UHGV virus genome: UHGV-0179686
Reading direction: 5' to 3' (one strand)
Source of the DNA: a virus
Length of the DNA stretch: 29,617 nt
Part shown: positions 5,890-14,041 of the stretch, piece by piece
Layout: every line of letters starts with the position of its first letter
Position numbering within the stretch: the stretch's first letter is position 1
Made by a program: the position numbers and the translations under genes
The notes under the pieces: generated by a model
What the model saw: the letters and a program-made list of their open reading frames with translations, nothing else
What the model was told of the DNA's origin: nothing
Database searches by the model: none

Positions 5890-7400
5890 TGTCGAGCGTT
5901 GTTGGTTCTCAGGTTCCTCGTCACCGTGTGGCTGCGGCGTATTCGGTGTCTGCTGGTGGTGATGCTGGGGAGTTGGGTCGTGCGTATGGGTTGACGCCTG
6001 ATCCGTGGCAGCAGCAGGTGTTGGATGATTGGCTGGCTGTCGGTGGTAATGGCAGGCTTGCTTCGGGTGTGTGTGGGGTGTTTGTGCCTCGCCAGAATGG
6101 CAAGAATGCTATTTTGGAGGTTGTGGAGTTGTTTAAGGCGACTATTCAGGGTCGCCGTATTTTGCATACGGCTCACGAGTTGAAGTCGGCTCGTAAGGCG
6201 TTTATGCGGTTGCGTTCGTTTTTTGAGAATGAGCGGCAGTTTCCTGACTTGTATCGTATGGTGAAGTCGATTCGTGCGACGAATGGCCAGGAGGCTATTG
6301 TGTTGCATCATCCGGATTGTGCCACGTTTGAGCGTAAGTGTGGCTGTCCGGGTTGGGGTTCGGTGGAGTTTGTGGCCCGTAGCCGGGGTTCTGCTCGCGG
6401 TTTTACGGTTGATGATTTGGTGTGTGATGAGGCTCAGGAGTTGTCGGATGAGCAGTTGGAGGCTTTGCTTCCTACGGTGAGCGCTGCCCCGTCTGGTGAT
6501 CCGCAGCAGATTTTCCTTGGCACGCCGCCTGGGCCGTTGGCTGACGGGTCTGTGGTGTTGCGTCTTCGTGGGCAGGCTTTGTCGGGTGGTAAAAGGTTTG
6601 CGTGGACGGAGTTTTCGATTCCTGATGAGTCTGATCCGGATGATGTGTCGCGGCAGTGGCGGAAGTTGGCGGGGGATACGAATCCGGCGTTGGGGCGTCG
6701 TCTGAATTTTGGGACAGTCTCGGATGAGCATGAGTCGATGTCTGCTGCGGGTTTTGCTCGGGAGCGGCTTGGCTGGTGGGATCGTGGCCAGTCTGCTGCG
6801 TCTGTGATTCCTGCGGATAAGTGGGCTCAGTCTGCTGTGGATGAGGCGAGTTTGGTTGGCGGGAAAGTGTTTGGTGTCTCGTTTTCTCGTTCTGGGGATC
6901 GGGTCGCGTTGGCTGGTGCTGGCCGGACTGATGCTGGGGTTCATGTTGAGGTTATTGATGGGCTGTCGGGAACGATTGTTGATGGTGTGGGCCGGTTGGC
7001 TGACTGGTTGGCGGTTCGTTGGGGTGATACTGACCGGATCATGGTTGCCGGGTCTGGTGCGGTGTTGTTGCAGAAGGCGTTGACGGATCGTGGTATTCCG
7101 GGCCGTGGCGTGATTGTTGCTGATACTGGGGTGTATGTGGAGGCTTGTCAAGCCTTCCTGGAAGGCGTAAGGTCTGGGAATGTTTCTCATCCTCGTGCTG
7201 ATTCTCGCCGTGACATGTTGGATATTGCTGTGAGGTCGGCGGTTCAGAAAAAGAAAGGCTCTGCGTGGGGTTGGGGTTCCTCGTTTAAGGATGGTTCTGA
7301 GGTTCCTTTGGAGGCTGTGTCGTTGGCGTTTTTGGGGGCGAAACGTGTTCGTCGTGGCCGTCGGGAGCGTAGTGGTAGGAAGCGGGTGTCTGTGGTATGA
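5889..7400 (+). CDS. terminase large subunit (503 aa)
   Basis: Size and position; ATPase P-loop-like VPRQNGKNA; 4-nt ATGA overlap with portal gene. Confidence 0.85.
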   Translation: MSSVVGSQVPRHRVAAAYSVSAGGDAGELGRAYGLTPDPWQQQVLDDWLAVGGNGRLASGVCGVFVPRQNGKNAILEVVELFKATIQGRRILHTAHELKSARKAFMRLRSFFENERQFPDLYRMVKSIRATNGQEAIVLHHPDCATFERKCGCPGWGSVEFVARSRGSARGFTVDDLVCDEAQELSDEQLEALLPTVSAAPSGDPQQIFLGTPPGPLADGSVVLRLRGQALSGGKRFAWTEFSIPDESDPDDVSRQWRKLAGDTNPALGRRLNFGTVSDEHESMSAAGFARERLGWWDRGQSAASVIPADKWAQSAVDEASLVGGKVFGVSFSRSGDRVALAGAGRTDAGVHVEVIDGLSGTIVDGVGRLADWLAVRWGDTDRIMVAGSGAVLLQKALTDRGIPGRGVIVADTGVYVEACQAFLEGVRSGNVSHPRADSRRDMLDIAVRSAVQKKKGSAWGWGSSFKDGSEVPLEAVSLAFLGAKRVRRGRRERSGRKRVSVV

Positions 7401-8722
7401 ACTCGGATGAGTTGGCTCTGATTGAGGGCATGTACGATCGTATCCAAAGGTTGTCTTCGTGGCATTGTCGTATTGAGGGCTACTATGAGGGCTCGAGCCG
7501 GGTGCGTGACCTTGGTGTGGCTATTCCTCCGGAGTTGCAGCGTGTGCAAACGGTGGTGTCGTGGCCTGGGATTGCGGTGGATGCTTTGGAGGAGCGTCTG
7601 GATTGGCTTGGCTGGACGAATGGTGACGGCTACGGTTTGGATGGCGTGTATGCTGCGAATCGGCTTGCTACGGCGTCGTGTGATGTGCATTTGGATGCGC
7701 TGATTTTTGGGTTGTCGTTTGTTGCGATCATTCCCCAGGATGATGGGTCGGTGTTGGTTCGTCCGCAGTCACCAAAGAATTGTACGGGCAAGTTTTCGGC
7801 TGACGGGTCTCGTTTGGATGCTGGCCTTGTGGTGCAGCAGACGTGTGATCCTGAGGTTGTTGAGGCGGAGTTGTTGCTTCCTGATGTGATTGTTCAGGTG
7901 GAGCGGCGGGGTTCGCGTGAGTGGGTTGAGACGGGCCGTATCGTGAATGGTCTTGGTGCGGTTCCGTTGGTGCCTGTTGTGAATCGTCGCCGTACGTCGA
8001 GGATTGATGGCCGTTCGGAGATTACGAGGTCTATTAGGGCTTACACGGATGAGGCTGTGCGCACACTGTTGGGGCAGTCTGTGAATCGTGATTTTTATGC
8101 GTATCCTCAGCGTTGGGTTACGGGTGTGAGCGCGGATGAGTTTTCGCAGCCTGGCTGGGTCCTGTCGATGGCTTCTGTGTGGGCTGTGGATAAGGATGAT
8201 GACGGTGACACTCCGAATGTGGGGTCGTTTCCTGTCAATTCGCCTACACCGTATTCGGATCAGATGAGACTGTTGGCGCAGTTGACTGCGGGTGAGGCGG
8301 CTGTTCCGGAACGCTATTTCGGGTTTATCACGTCTAACCCACCTAGTGGTGAGGCTTTGGCTGCCGAGGAATCTCGGCTTGTGAAGCGTGCTGAACGCAG
8401 GCAGACGTCGTTTGGTCAGGGCTGGCTGTCGGTTGGTTTCCTGGCTGCCAAGGCGCTTGATTCGAGTGTTGATGAGGCCGATTTTTTTGGTGATGTGGGT
8501 TTGCGTTGGCGTGATGCTTCGACGCCTACCCGGGCGGCTACGGCTGATGCTGTGACGAAGCTTGTTGGTGCCGGTATTTTGCCTGCTGATTCTCGTACGG
8601 TGTTGGAGATGTTGGGTTTGGATGATGTGCAGGTTGAGGCTGTGATGCGTCATCGTGCTGAGTCGTCGGATCCGTTGGCGGCACTGGCTGGGGCTATATC
8701 GCGTCAAACTAACGAGGTTTGA
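7397..8722 (+). CDS. portal protein (441 aa)
   Basis: Size and position directly after terminase; ATGA overlap at 7397-7400. Confidence 0.8.
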   Translation: MNSDELALIEGMYDRIQRLSSWHCRIEGYYEGSSRVRDLGVAIPPELQRVQTVVSWPGIAVDALEERLDWLGWTNGDGYGLDGVYAANRLATASCDVHLDALIFGLSFVAIIPQDDGSVLVRPQSPKNCTGKFSADGSRLDAGLVVQQTCDPEVVEAELLLPDVIVQVERRGSREWVETGRIVNGLGAVPLVPVVNRRRTSRIDGRSEITRSIRAYTDEAVRTLLGQSVNRDFYAYPQRWVTGVSADEFSQPGWVLSMASVWAVDKDDDGDTPNVGSFPVNSPTPYSDQMRLLAQLTAGEAAVPERYFGFITSNPPSGEALAAEESRLVKRAERRQTSFGQGWLSVGFLAAKALDSSVDEADFFGDVGLRWRDASTPTRAATADAVTKLVGAGILPADSRTVLEMLGLDDVQVEAVMRHRAESSDPLAALAGAISRQTNEV

Positions 8723-8728
8723 TAGGCG

Positions 8729-9484
8729 ATGGCTTCGGGTGCTATGTCGAGGCTTGCTGCGACTGAGTATCAGCGTGAGGCGGTCAGGTTTGCTGGGAAG
8801 TATGCGGGCTATTATTCTGAGCTTGGTCGTTTGTGGCATTCCGGGAAGATGACAGATGCGCAGTATGTTCGTTTGTGTGTGGAGTTGGAGCGTGCCGGCC
8901 ATGATGGTTCGGCATCGTTGGCTGCCAGGTTTGTGTCGGATTTTCGACGGTTGAATGGTGTGGATCCTGGTTTGATTGTGTATGACGAGTTTGATGCTGC
9001 GGCGGCTTTGGCTAGGTCGTTTTCGACTATGAAGATTCTTGAGAGTGACCCGGATAGGGCGAATGATACGATTGATGCTATGGCGGCGGGTTTTGATCGG
9101 GCTGTCATGAATGCTGGCCGTGACACGGTTGAGTGGTCTGCGGGTGCGCAGGGCAGGTCGTGGCGCAGGGTGACTGATGGTGATCCGTGTGCTTTTTGTG
9201 CCATGTTGGCTACGAGGTCGGATTATACGACTAAGGAAAGGGCGCTTACTACTGGTCATACTCGGCGTCATAAGCGTGGTGGTAAGCGTCCGTTTGGTTC
9301 GAAGTATCATGATCATTGTGGTTGTACGGTGGTTGAGGTTGTTGGCCCTTGGGAACCAAATAGGGCTGATGCCGAGTATCAGAGGACGTATGAGAAGGCT
9401 CGCGAGTGGGTTGATGATCATGGGTTGCAGCAGTCGCCTGGCAATATTTTGAAGGCTATGCGTACTGTTGGTGGCATGAGATAA
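8729..9484 (+). CDS. head morphogenesis / minor capsid protein (MuF-like, putative) with C-terminal Cys/His cluster
   Basis: Position after portal; CAFCAM...HDHCGC motif; family assignment is from position and loose motif resemblance only. Confidence 0.4.
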   Translation: MASGAMSRLAATEYQREAVRFAGKYAGYYSELGRLWHSGKMTDAQYVRLCVELERAGHDGSASLAARFVSDFRRLNGVDPGLIVYDEFDAAAALARSFSTMKILESDPDRANDTIDAMAAGFDRAVMNAGRDTVEWSAGAQGRSWRRVTDGDPCAFCAMLATRSDYTTKERALTTGHTRRHKRGGKRPFGSKYHDHCGCTVVEVVGPWEPNRADAEYQRTYEKAREWVDDHGLQQSPGNILKAMRTVGGMR

Positions 9485-9594
9485 TTTGATGTGGTTTCCG
9501 GTTGTGCGCCGCCGGTTATCGGTGCACAGGGTTGTCTCCCGCACGGGGGTCAACAATGTTGTGTTGTTTTCCGCAAGGAGTGTAGGGTTAGGCT

Positions 9595-10152
9595 ATGGCC
9601 GATCAAAAAGTTGAAGAACAGAATGTCGACAATGATGCTGTGGAGTCCGGAAAGGATAACGGCATTGTTGATACAGTAAAAGACGATGGCGGGCAGGAGG
9701 TAGCCGACAATCAGTTGAAGAATGAAGGCGAGGGTAAATCGCCGGGGACTGATTGGAAGGCGGAGGCCCGTAAGTGGGAGTCTCGTGCTAAAAGTAATTT
9801 CGCCGAGTTGGAGAAGCTTCGTACATCGAGTGACGATTCTGGATCTACTATTGATGAGCTTCGCCGCAAGAATGAGGAACTCGAAGACCGGATTAACGGG
9901 TTTGTTCTTGAGGGTGTGAAGCGTGAGGTGGCTGCCGAGTGTGGCCTGTCGGGTGATGCGGTCGCTTTCTTGCACGGTGGCGATCGTGAAGCACTGGTGG
10001 AGTCTGCTAAGGCTTTGAAGGGTTTGATCGACCAGAGTAGTGGTGGTGGCGCGGGTGTGCGCCGTCTTGCGGGGAGTGCCCCCGTTGATGATGTTAAACG
10101 ACGTGAGGGTGTCGCGTTTGTGGATGCTCTTGTCAATAATTCTAGGAGATGA
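9595..10152 (+). CDS. scaffolding protein (185 aa, acidic, coiled-coil-like)
   Basis: Highly charged E/D/K-rich sequence immediately upstream of the capsid gene; AAGGAG about 14 nt upstream of ATG. Confidence 0.7.
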   Translation: MADQKVEEQNVDNDAVESGKDNGIVDTVKDDGGQEVADNQLKNEGEGKSPGTDWKAEARKWESRAKSNFAELEKLRTSSDDSGSTIDELRRKNEELEDRINGFVLEGVKREVAAECGLSGDAVAFLHGGDREALVESAKALKGLIDQSSGGGAGVRRLAGSAPVDDVKRREGVAFVDALVNNSRR

Positions 10153-10158
10153 TTTCTG

Positions 10159-11106
10159 ATGGCTGACGATTTTCTTTCTGCAGGGAAGCTTGAGCTTCCT
10201 GGTTCTATGATTGGTGCGGTTCGTGACCGTGCTATCGATTCTGGTGTTTTGGCGAAACTATCCCCGGAGCAGCCGACTATTTTTGGTCCTGTGAAGGGTG
10301 CCGTGTTTAGTGGTGTTCCTCGCGCCAAGATTGTTGGTGAGGGTGAGGTTAAGCCTTCCGCGTCTGTTGATGTTTCGGCGTTTACTGCGCAGCCTATCAA
10401 GGTTGTGACTCAGCAGCGCGTGTCGGACGAGTTTATGTGGGCTGACGCTGATTACCGTCTGGGTGTGCTTCAGGATCTGATTTCCCCGGCTCTTGGTGCT
10501 TCTATTGGTCGCGCCGTGGATCTGATTGCTTTCCATGGTATTGATCCTGCCACTGGGAAGCCTGCTGCGGCTGTCAAGGTGTCGCTGGATAAGACGAAGC
10601 ATATTGTTGATGCAACCGATAGCGCTACGACTGATCTTGTTAAGGCTGTTGGTCTTATCGCTGGGGCTGGTTTGCAGGTTCCTAACGGTGTTGCTTTGGA
10701 TCCGGCGTTCTCGTTTGCTCTGTCTACTGAGGTGTATCCGAAGGGGTCTCCGCTTGCCGGTCAGCCGATGTATCCTGCCGCCGGGTTTGCCGGTTTGGAT
10801 AATTGGCGTGGCTTGAATGTTGGTGCTTCTTCGACTGTTTCGGGTGCCCCGGAGATGTCGCCTGCTTCGGGTGTTAAGGCTATTGTTGGTGATTTTTCGC
10901 GTGTTCATTGGGGTTTCCAGCGTAACTTCCCGATTGAGCTGATCGAGTATGGTGATCCGGATCAGACGGGGCGTGACTTGAAGGGCCATAATGAGGTTAT
11001 GGTTCGTGCCGAGGCTGTGCTGTATGTTGCGATTGAGTCGCTTGATTCGTTTGCTGTTGTGAAGGAGAAGGCTGCCCCGAAGCCTAATCCGCCGGCCGAG
11101 AACTGA
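10159..11106 (+). CDS. major capsid protein (315 aa)
   Basis: Size and position after scaffold; native composition across the full length. Confidence 0.8.
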   Translation: MADDFLSAGKLELPGSMIGAVRDRAIDSGVLAKLSPEQPTIFGPVKGAVFSGVPRAKIVGEGEVKPSASVDVSAFTAQPIKVVTQQRVSDEFMWADADYRLGVLQDLISPALGASIGRAVDLIAFHGIDPATGKPAAAVKVSLDKTKHIVDATDSATTDLVKAVGLIAGAGLQVPNGVALDPAFSFALSTEVYPKGSPLAGQPMYPAAGFAGLDNWRGLNVGASSTVSGAPEMSPASGVKAIVGDFSRVHWGFQRNFPIELIEYGDPDQTGRDLKGHNEVMVRAEAVLYVAIESLDSFAVVKEKAAPKPNPPAEN

Positions 11107-11151
11107 TTCATTTGTTGCGGTGATGTTTTCTATGTGCAGGGGGTGGTGTTG

Positions 11152-11613
11152 ATGGGTATCATTTTGAAGCCTGAGGATATTGAGCCTTTCGCCGATATTC
11201 CTAGAGAGAAGCTTGAGGCGATGATTGCCGATGTGGAGGCTGTGGCTGTCAGTGTCGCCCCCTGTATTGCTAAACCGGATTTCAAATACAAGGATGCCGC
11301 TAAGGCTATTCTGCGCAGGGCTTTGTTGCGCTGGAATGATACTGGCGTGTCGGGTCAGGTGCAGTATGAGTCTGCGGGTCCTTTCGCTCAGACTACACGG
11401 TCTAATACTCCCACGAATTTGTTGTGGCCTTCTGAGATTGCCGCGTTGAAGAAGCTGTGTGAGGGTGATGGTGGGGCTGGTAAAGCGTTCACTATTACAC
11501 CGACCATGAGGAGGAGTGTGAATCATTCTGATGTGTGTTCCACGGTGTGGGGTGAAGGTTGCTCGTGCGGGTCGAATATTAACGGCTACGCTGGCCCTTT
11601 GTGGGAGATATGA
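11152..11613 (+). CDS. head-tail connector/adaptor protein (start moved to ATG 11152; ORF-track GTG 11134 alternative)
   Basis: Position; GGGGGTGGTG upstream of ATG 11152. Confidence 0.5.
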   Translation: MGIILKPEDIEPFADIPREKLEAMIADVEAVAVSVAPCIAKPDFKYKDAAKAILRRALLRWNDTGVSGQVQYESAGPFAQTTRSNTPTNLLWPSEIAALKKLCEGDGGAGKAFTITPTMRRSVNHSDVCSTVWGEGCSCGSNINGYAGPLWEI

Positions 11614-11614
11614 T

Positions 11615-11962
11615 ATGACCAGTTTTCCTTACGGTGAAACGGTTGTGATGCTTCAACCGACTGTTCGTGTCGATGATCTTGGTGACAAGGTGGAAGACTG
11701 GTCTAAGCCTGTCGAGACTGTGTACCATAACGTGGCCATCTATGCTTCCGTTTCGCAGGAGGATGAGGCCGCGGGGCGTGACTCGGATTATGAGCATTGG
11801 TCGATGCTTTTCAAGCAGTCTGTTGTGGGTGCCGGTTATCGTTGCCGGTGGCGTATTCGGGGTGTTGTGTGGGAGGCTGACGGGTCTCCTATCGTGTGGC
11901 ATCACCCCATGTCCGGTTGGGATGCTGGTACGCAGATCAATGTGAAGCGTAAGAAGGGCTGA
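11615..11962 (+). CDS. head-tail joining protein (115 aa; start at internal ATG of ORF 11531..11962)
   Basis: ATG at 11615 lies 1 nt after the upstream stop TGA (11611-11613) with GGGAGATA RBS. The upstream ORF-track extension overlaps the previous gene. Confidence 0.5.
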   Translation: MTSFPYGETVVMLQPTVRVDDLGDKVEDWSKPVETVYHNVAIYASVSQEDEAAGRDSDYEHWSMLFKQSVVGAGYRCRWRIRGVVWEADGSPIVWHHPMSGWDAGTQINVKRKKG

Positions 11963-11968
11963 TAGGTA

Positions 11969-12259
11969 GTGGCTCAGGATGTGAATGTGAAGCTGAACTT
12001 GCCGGGTATTCGTGAGGTGTTGAAGTCTCCTGGGGTGCAGGCTATGTTGGCTGAGCGTGGCGAGCGTGTCAAGCGTGCGGCCTCGGCGAATGTGGGCGGT
12101 AACGCTTTTGATAGGGCCCAATACCGTAATGGTTTGTCGTCGGAGGTGCAGGTTCACCGTGTTGAGGCTGTGGCGAGGATTGGCACCACCTATAAGGGTG
12201 GTAAAAGGATTGAGGCGAAGCATGGCACGTTGGCCCGGTCGATTGGGGCTGCGTCGTGA
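11969..12259 (+). CDS. head-tail component (96 aa, GTG start)
   Basis: ORF-track frame; GTGA start/stop overlap with next gene at 12256-12259. Confidence 0.5.
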   Translation: MAQDVNVKLNLPGIREVLKSPGVQAMLAERGERVKRAASANVGGNAFDRAQYRNGLSSEVQVHRVEAVARIGTTYKGGKRIEAKHGTLARSIGAAS

Positions 12260-12627
12260 TCGTTTATGGTGATCCGCGTGTGTGGGCTAAACGTGTGCTC
12301 AAGGATGATGGCTGGCTGTCCGATATACCTTGTGTGGGGACGGTGCCTGAGGATTTTAGCGGTGACTTGATTTGGTTGGCTCTTGATGGTGGCCCGCAGT
12401 TGCATGTTCGTGAGCGTGTTTTTTTGCGGGTGAACGTGTTTTCTGATATGCCGGATCGTGCTATGTCGCTAGCCAGGCGTGTTGAGGCTGTGCTGGTTGA
12501 TGGTGTGGATGGTGACCCGGTGGTGTTTTGTCGGCGTTCTACTGGCCCTGATTTGCTGGTTGATGGTGCACGTTTTGATGTGTATTCGCTTTTTGAGCTT
12601 ATATGTAGGCCTGCGGAGTCTGAATAA
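12256..12627 (+). CDS. head-tail component / tail terminator-like (123 aa, GTG start)
   Basis: Position immediately before major tail protein gene; GTGA overlap. Confidence 0.5.
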   Translation: MIVYGDPRVWAKRVLKDDGWLSDIPCVGTVPEDFSGDLIWLALDGGPQLHVRERVFLRVNVFSDMPDRAMSLARRVEAVLVDGVDGDPVVFCRRSTGPDLLVDGARFDVYSLFELICRPAESE

Positions 12628-12666
12628 GCTTATTGTTTTTGTTTTAATGTAATTGTTTGATATTTA

Positions 12667-13323
12667 ATGGGGGTTATGATGGCTGCAACACGTAAAGCGT
12701 CTAATGTTCGCTCTGCTGTTACGGGTGACGTCTATATTGGTAAAGCTCATGCCGGTGACACTATTGATGGTGTGAAGACGGTTCCTGACGGTCTTACCGC
12801 TTTAGGGTACCTGTCGGATGACGGGTTTAAGATTAAGCCTGAGCGTAAAACGGATGATTTGAAGGCTTGGCAGAATGCGGATGTTGTTCGCACTGTGGCT
12901 ACAGAGTCGTCTATCGAGATTTCTTTCCAGCTGATCGAGTCTAAGAAAGAGGTTATCGAACTGTTTTGGCAGTCGAAGGTTACTGCCGGATCCGATTCGG
13001 GTTCGTTCGATATTTCTCCTGGTGCCACCACTGGCGTGCACGCCCTGTTGATGGATATTATTGATGGCGATCAGGTTATTCGCTACTATTTCCCTGAGGT
13101 CGAGTTGATTGATCGTGACGAGATTAAGGGCAAGAATGGCGAGGTGTATGGGTATGGTGTGACGTTGAAGGCGTATCCTGCCCAGATTAACCATAAGGGT
13201 GATGCGGTGTCGGGTCGGGGGTGGATGACGGCTTTAAAAGCTGATACTCCCCCGGTTCCTCCTTCTCCGAAGCCGGAGCCTCCTAAGCCTGAGCCGGATC
13301 CGAATCCGCCGTCTAATAACTGA
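12667..13323 (+). CDS. major tail protein (about 214-218 aa; alternative start ATG 12679 after GGGGG RBS) with Pro-rich C-terminal PEPPKPEPDPNPP tail
   Basis: Position before chaperone/tape measure; preceded by a 39-nt AT-rich intergenic patch (12628-12666). Confidence 0.7.
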   Translation: MGVMMAATRKASNVRSAVTGDVYIGKAHAGDTIDGVKTVPDGLTALGYLSDDGFKIKPERKTDDLKAWQNADVVRTVATESSIEISFQLIESKKEVIELFWQSKVTAGSDSGSFDISPGATTGVHALLMDIIDGDQVIRYYFPEVELIDRDEIKGKNGEVYGYGVTLKAYPAQINHKGDAVSGRGWMTALKADTPPVPPSPKPEPPKPEPDPNPPSNN

Positions 13324-13351
13324 TACACATAGTTTGAGGGATTGTTGATAG

Positions 13352-13648
13352 ATGAGTGACACAGGTTACACGTTGAAGATTGGTGACCGTAGCTGGGTGT
13401 TGGCGGATGCGGAGGAAACAGCGCAGGCTGTTCCTGCCCGCGTTTTTCGCCGTGCCGCCAGGATTGCCCAGTCTGGGGAGTCTGCTGATTTCGCCCAGGT
13501 TGAGGTGATGTTTTCCATGTTGGAGGCTGCCGCCCCAGGGGATGCTGTGGAGGCCTTGGAGGGGCTTCCTATGGTTCGTGTGGCCGAGATTTTCCGTGAG
13601 TGGATGGAATATAAGCCTGACGGTAAGGGTGCCTCGCTGGGGGAATAG
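13352..13648 (+). CDS. tail assembly chaperone (98 aa, upstream ORF of frameshift pair)
   Basis: Acidic small protein directly upstream of tape measure; ends ...GKGASLGE*. Confidence 0.7.
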   Translation: MSDTGYTLKIGDRSWVLADAEETAQAVPARVFRRAARIAQSGESADFAQVEVMFSMLEAAAPGDAVEALEGLPMVRVAEIFREWMEYKPDGKGASLGE

Positions 13649-14034
13649 TTTGGCTCCACGGCCTGATTGATGATTATCGTGGGGCCATCGAATACGATTT
13701 CCGCACCAAGTTTGGTGTTTCTGTTTATAGTGTTGGTGGCCCGCAGATGTGTTGGGGTGAGGCTGTCCGGCTGGCTGGCGTGTTGTGTACCGATACGTCT
13801 AGCCAGTTGGCGGCCCACCTGAATGGTTGGCAGCGCCCGTTTGAGTGGTGCGAGTGGGCTGTGCTGGACATGCTGGATCATTACAGGTCTGCTAATAGTG
13901 AGGGGCAGCCGGAGCCTGTGGCGAGGCCTACGGATGAGCGTAGGGCCCGGTTTACGTCTGGGCAGGTGGACGATATTTTGGCGCGTGTTCGTGCCGGTGG
14001 CGGGGTGTCTCGCGAGATTAATATTATGGGGTGA
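13352..14034 (+). CDS. tail assembly chaperone, -1 frameshift-extended product (slip at GGGGGAA 13639-13645 then reads to 14034)
   Basis: ORF 13747..14034 is in the -1 frame relative to 13352..13648. My translation shows the -1 frame is open from 13627. Slippery-like CUG GGG GAA UAG sits at the stop of the upstream ORF. Confidence 0.5.
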
Positions 14035-14041
14035 ATAGTGT

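Noticed and set aside
5886-9556. Long minus-strand ORFs (5886..7190 434 aa; 7769..9556 595 aa) antisense to terminase/portal genes
   Set aside because: R/P/T/H-rich low-complexity translations typical of off-frame reading of GC-rich coding DNA; fully overlapped by well-supported plus-strand structural genes.
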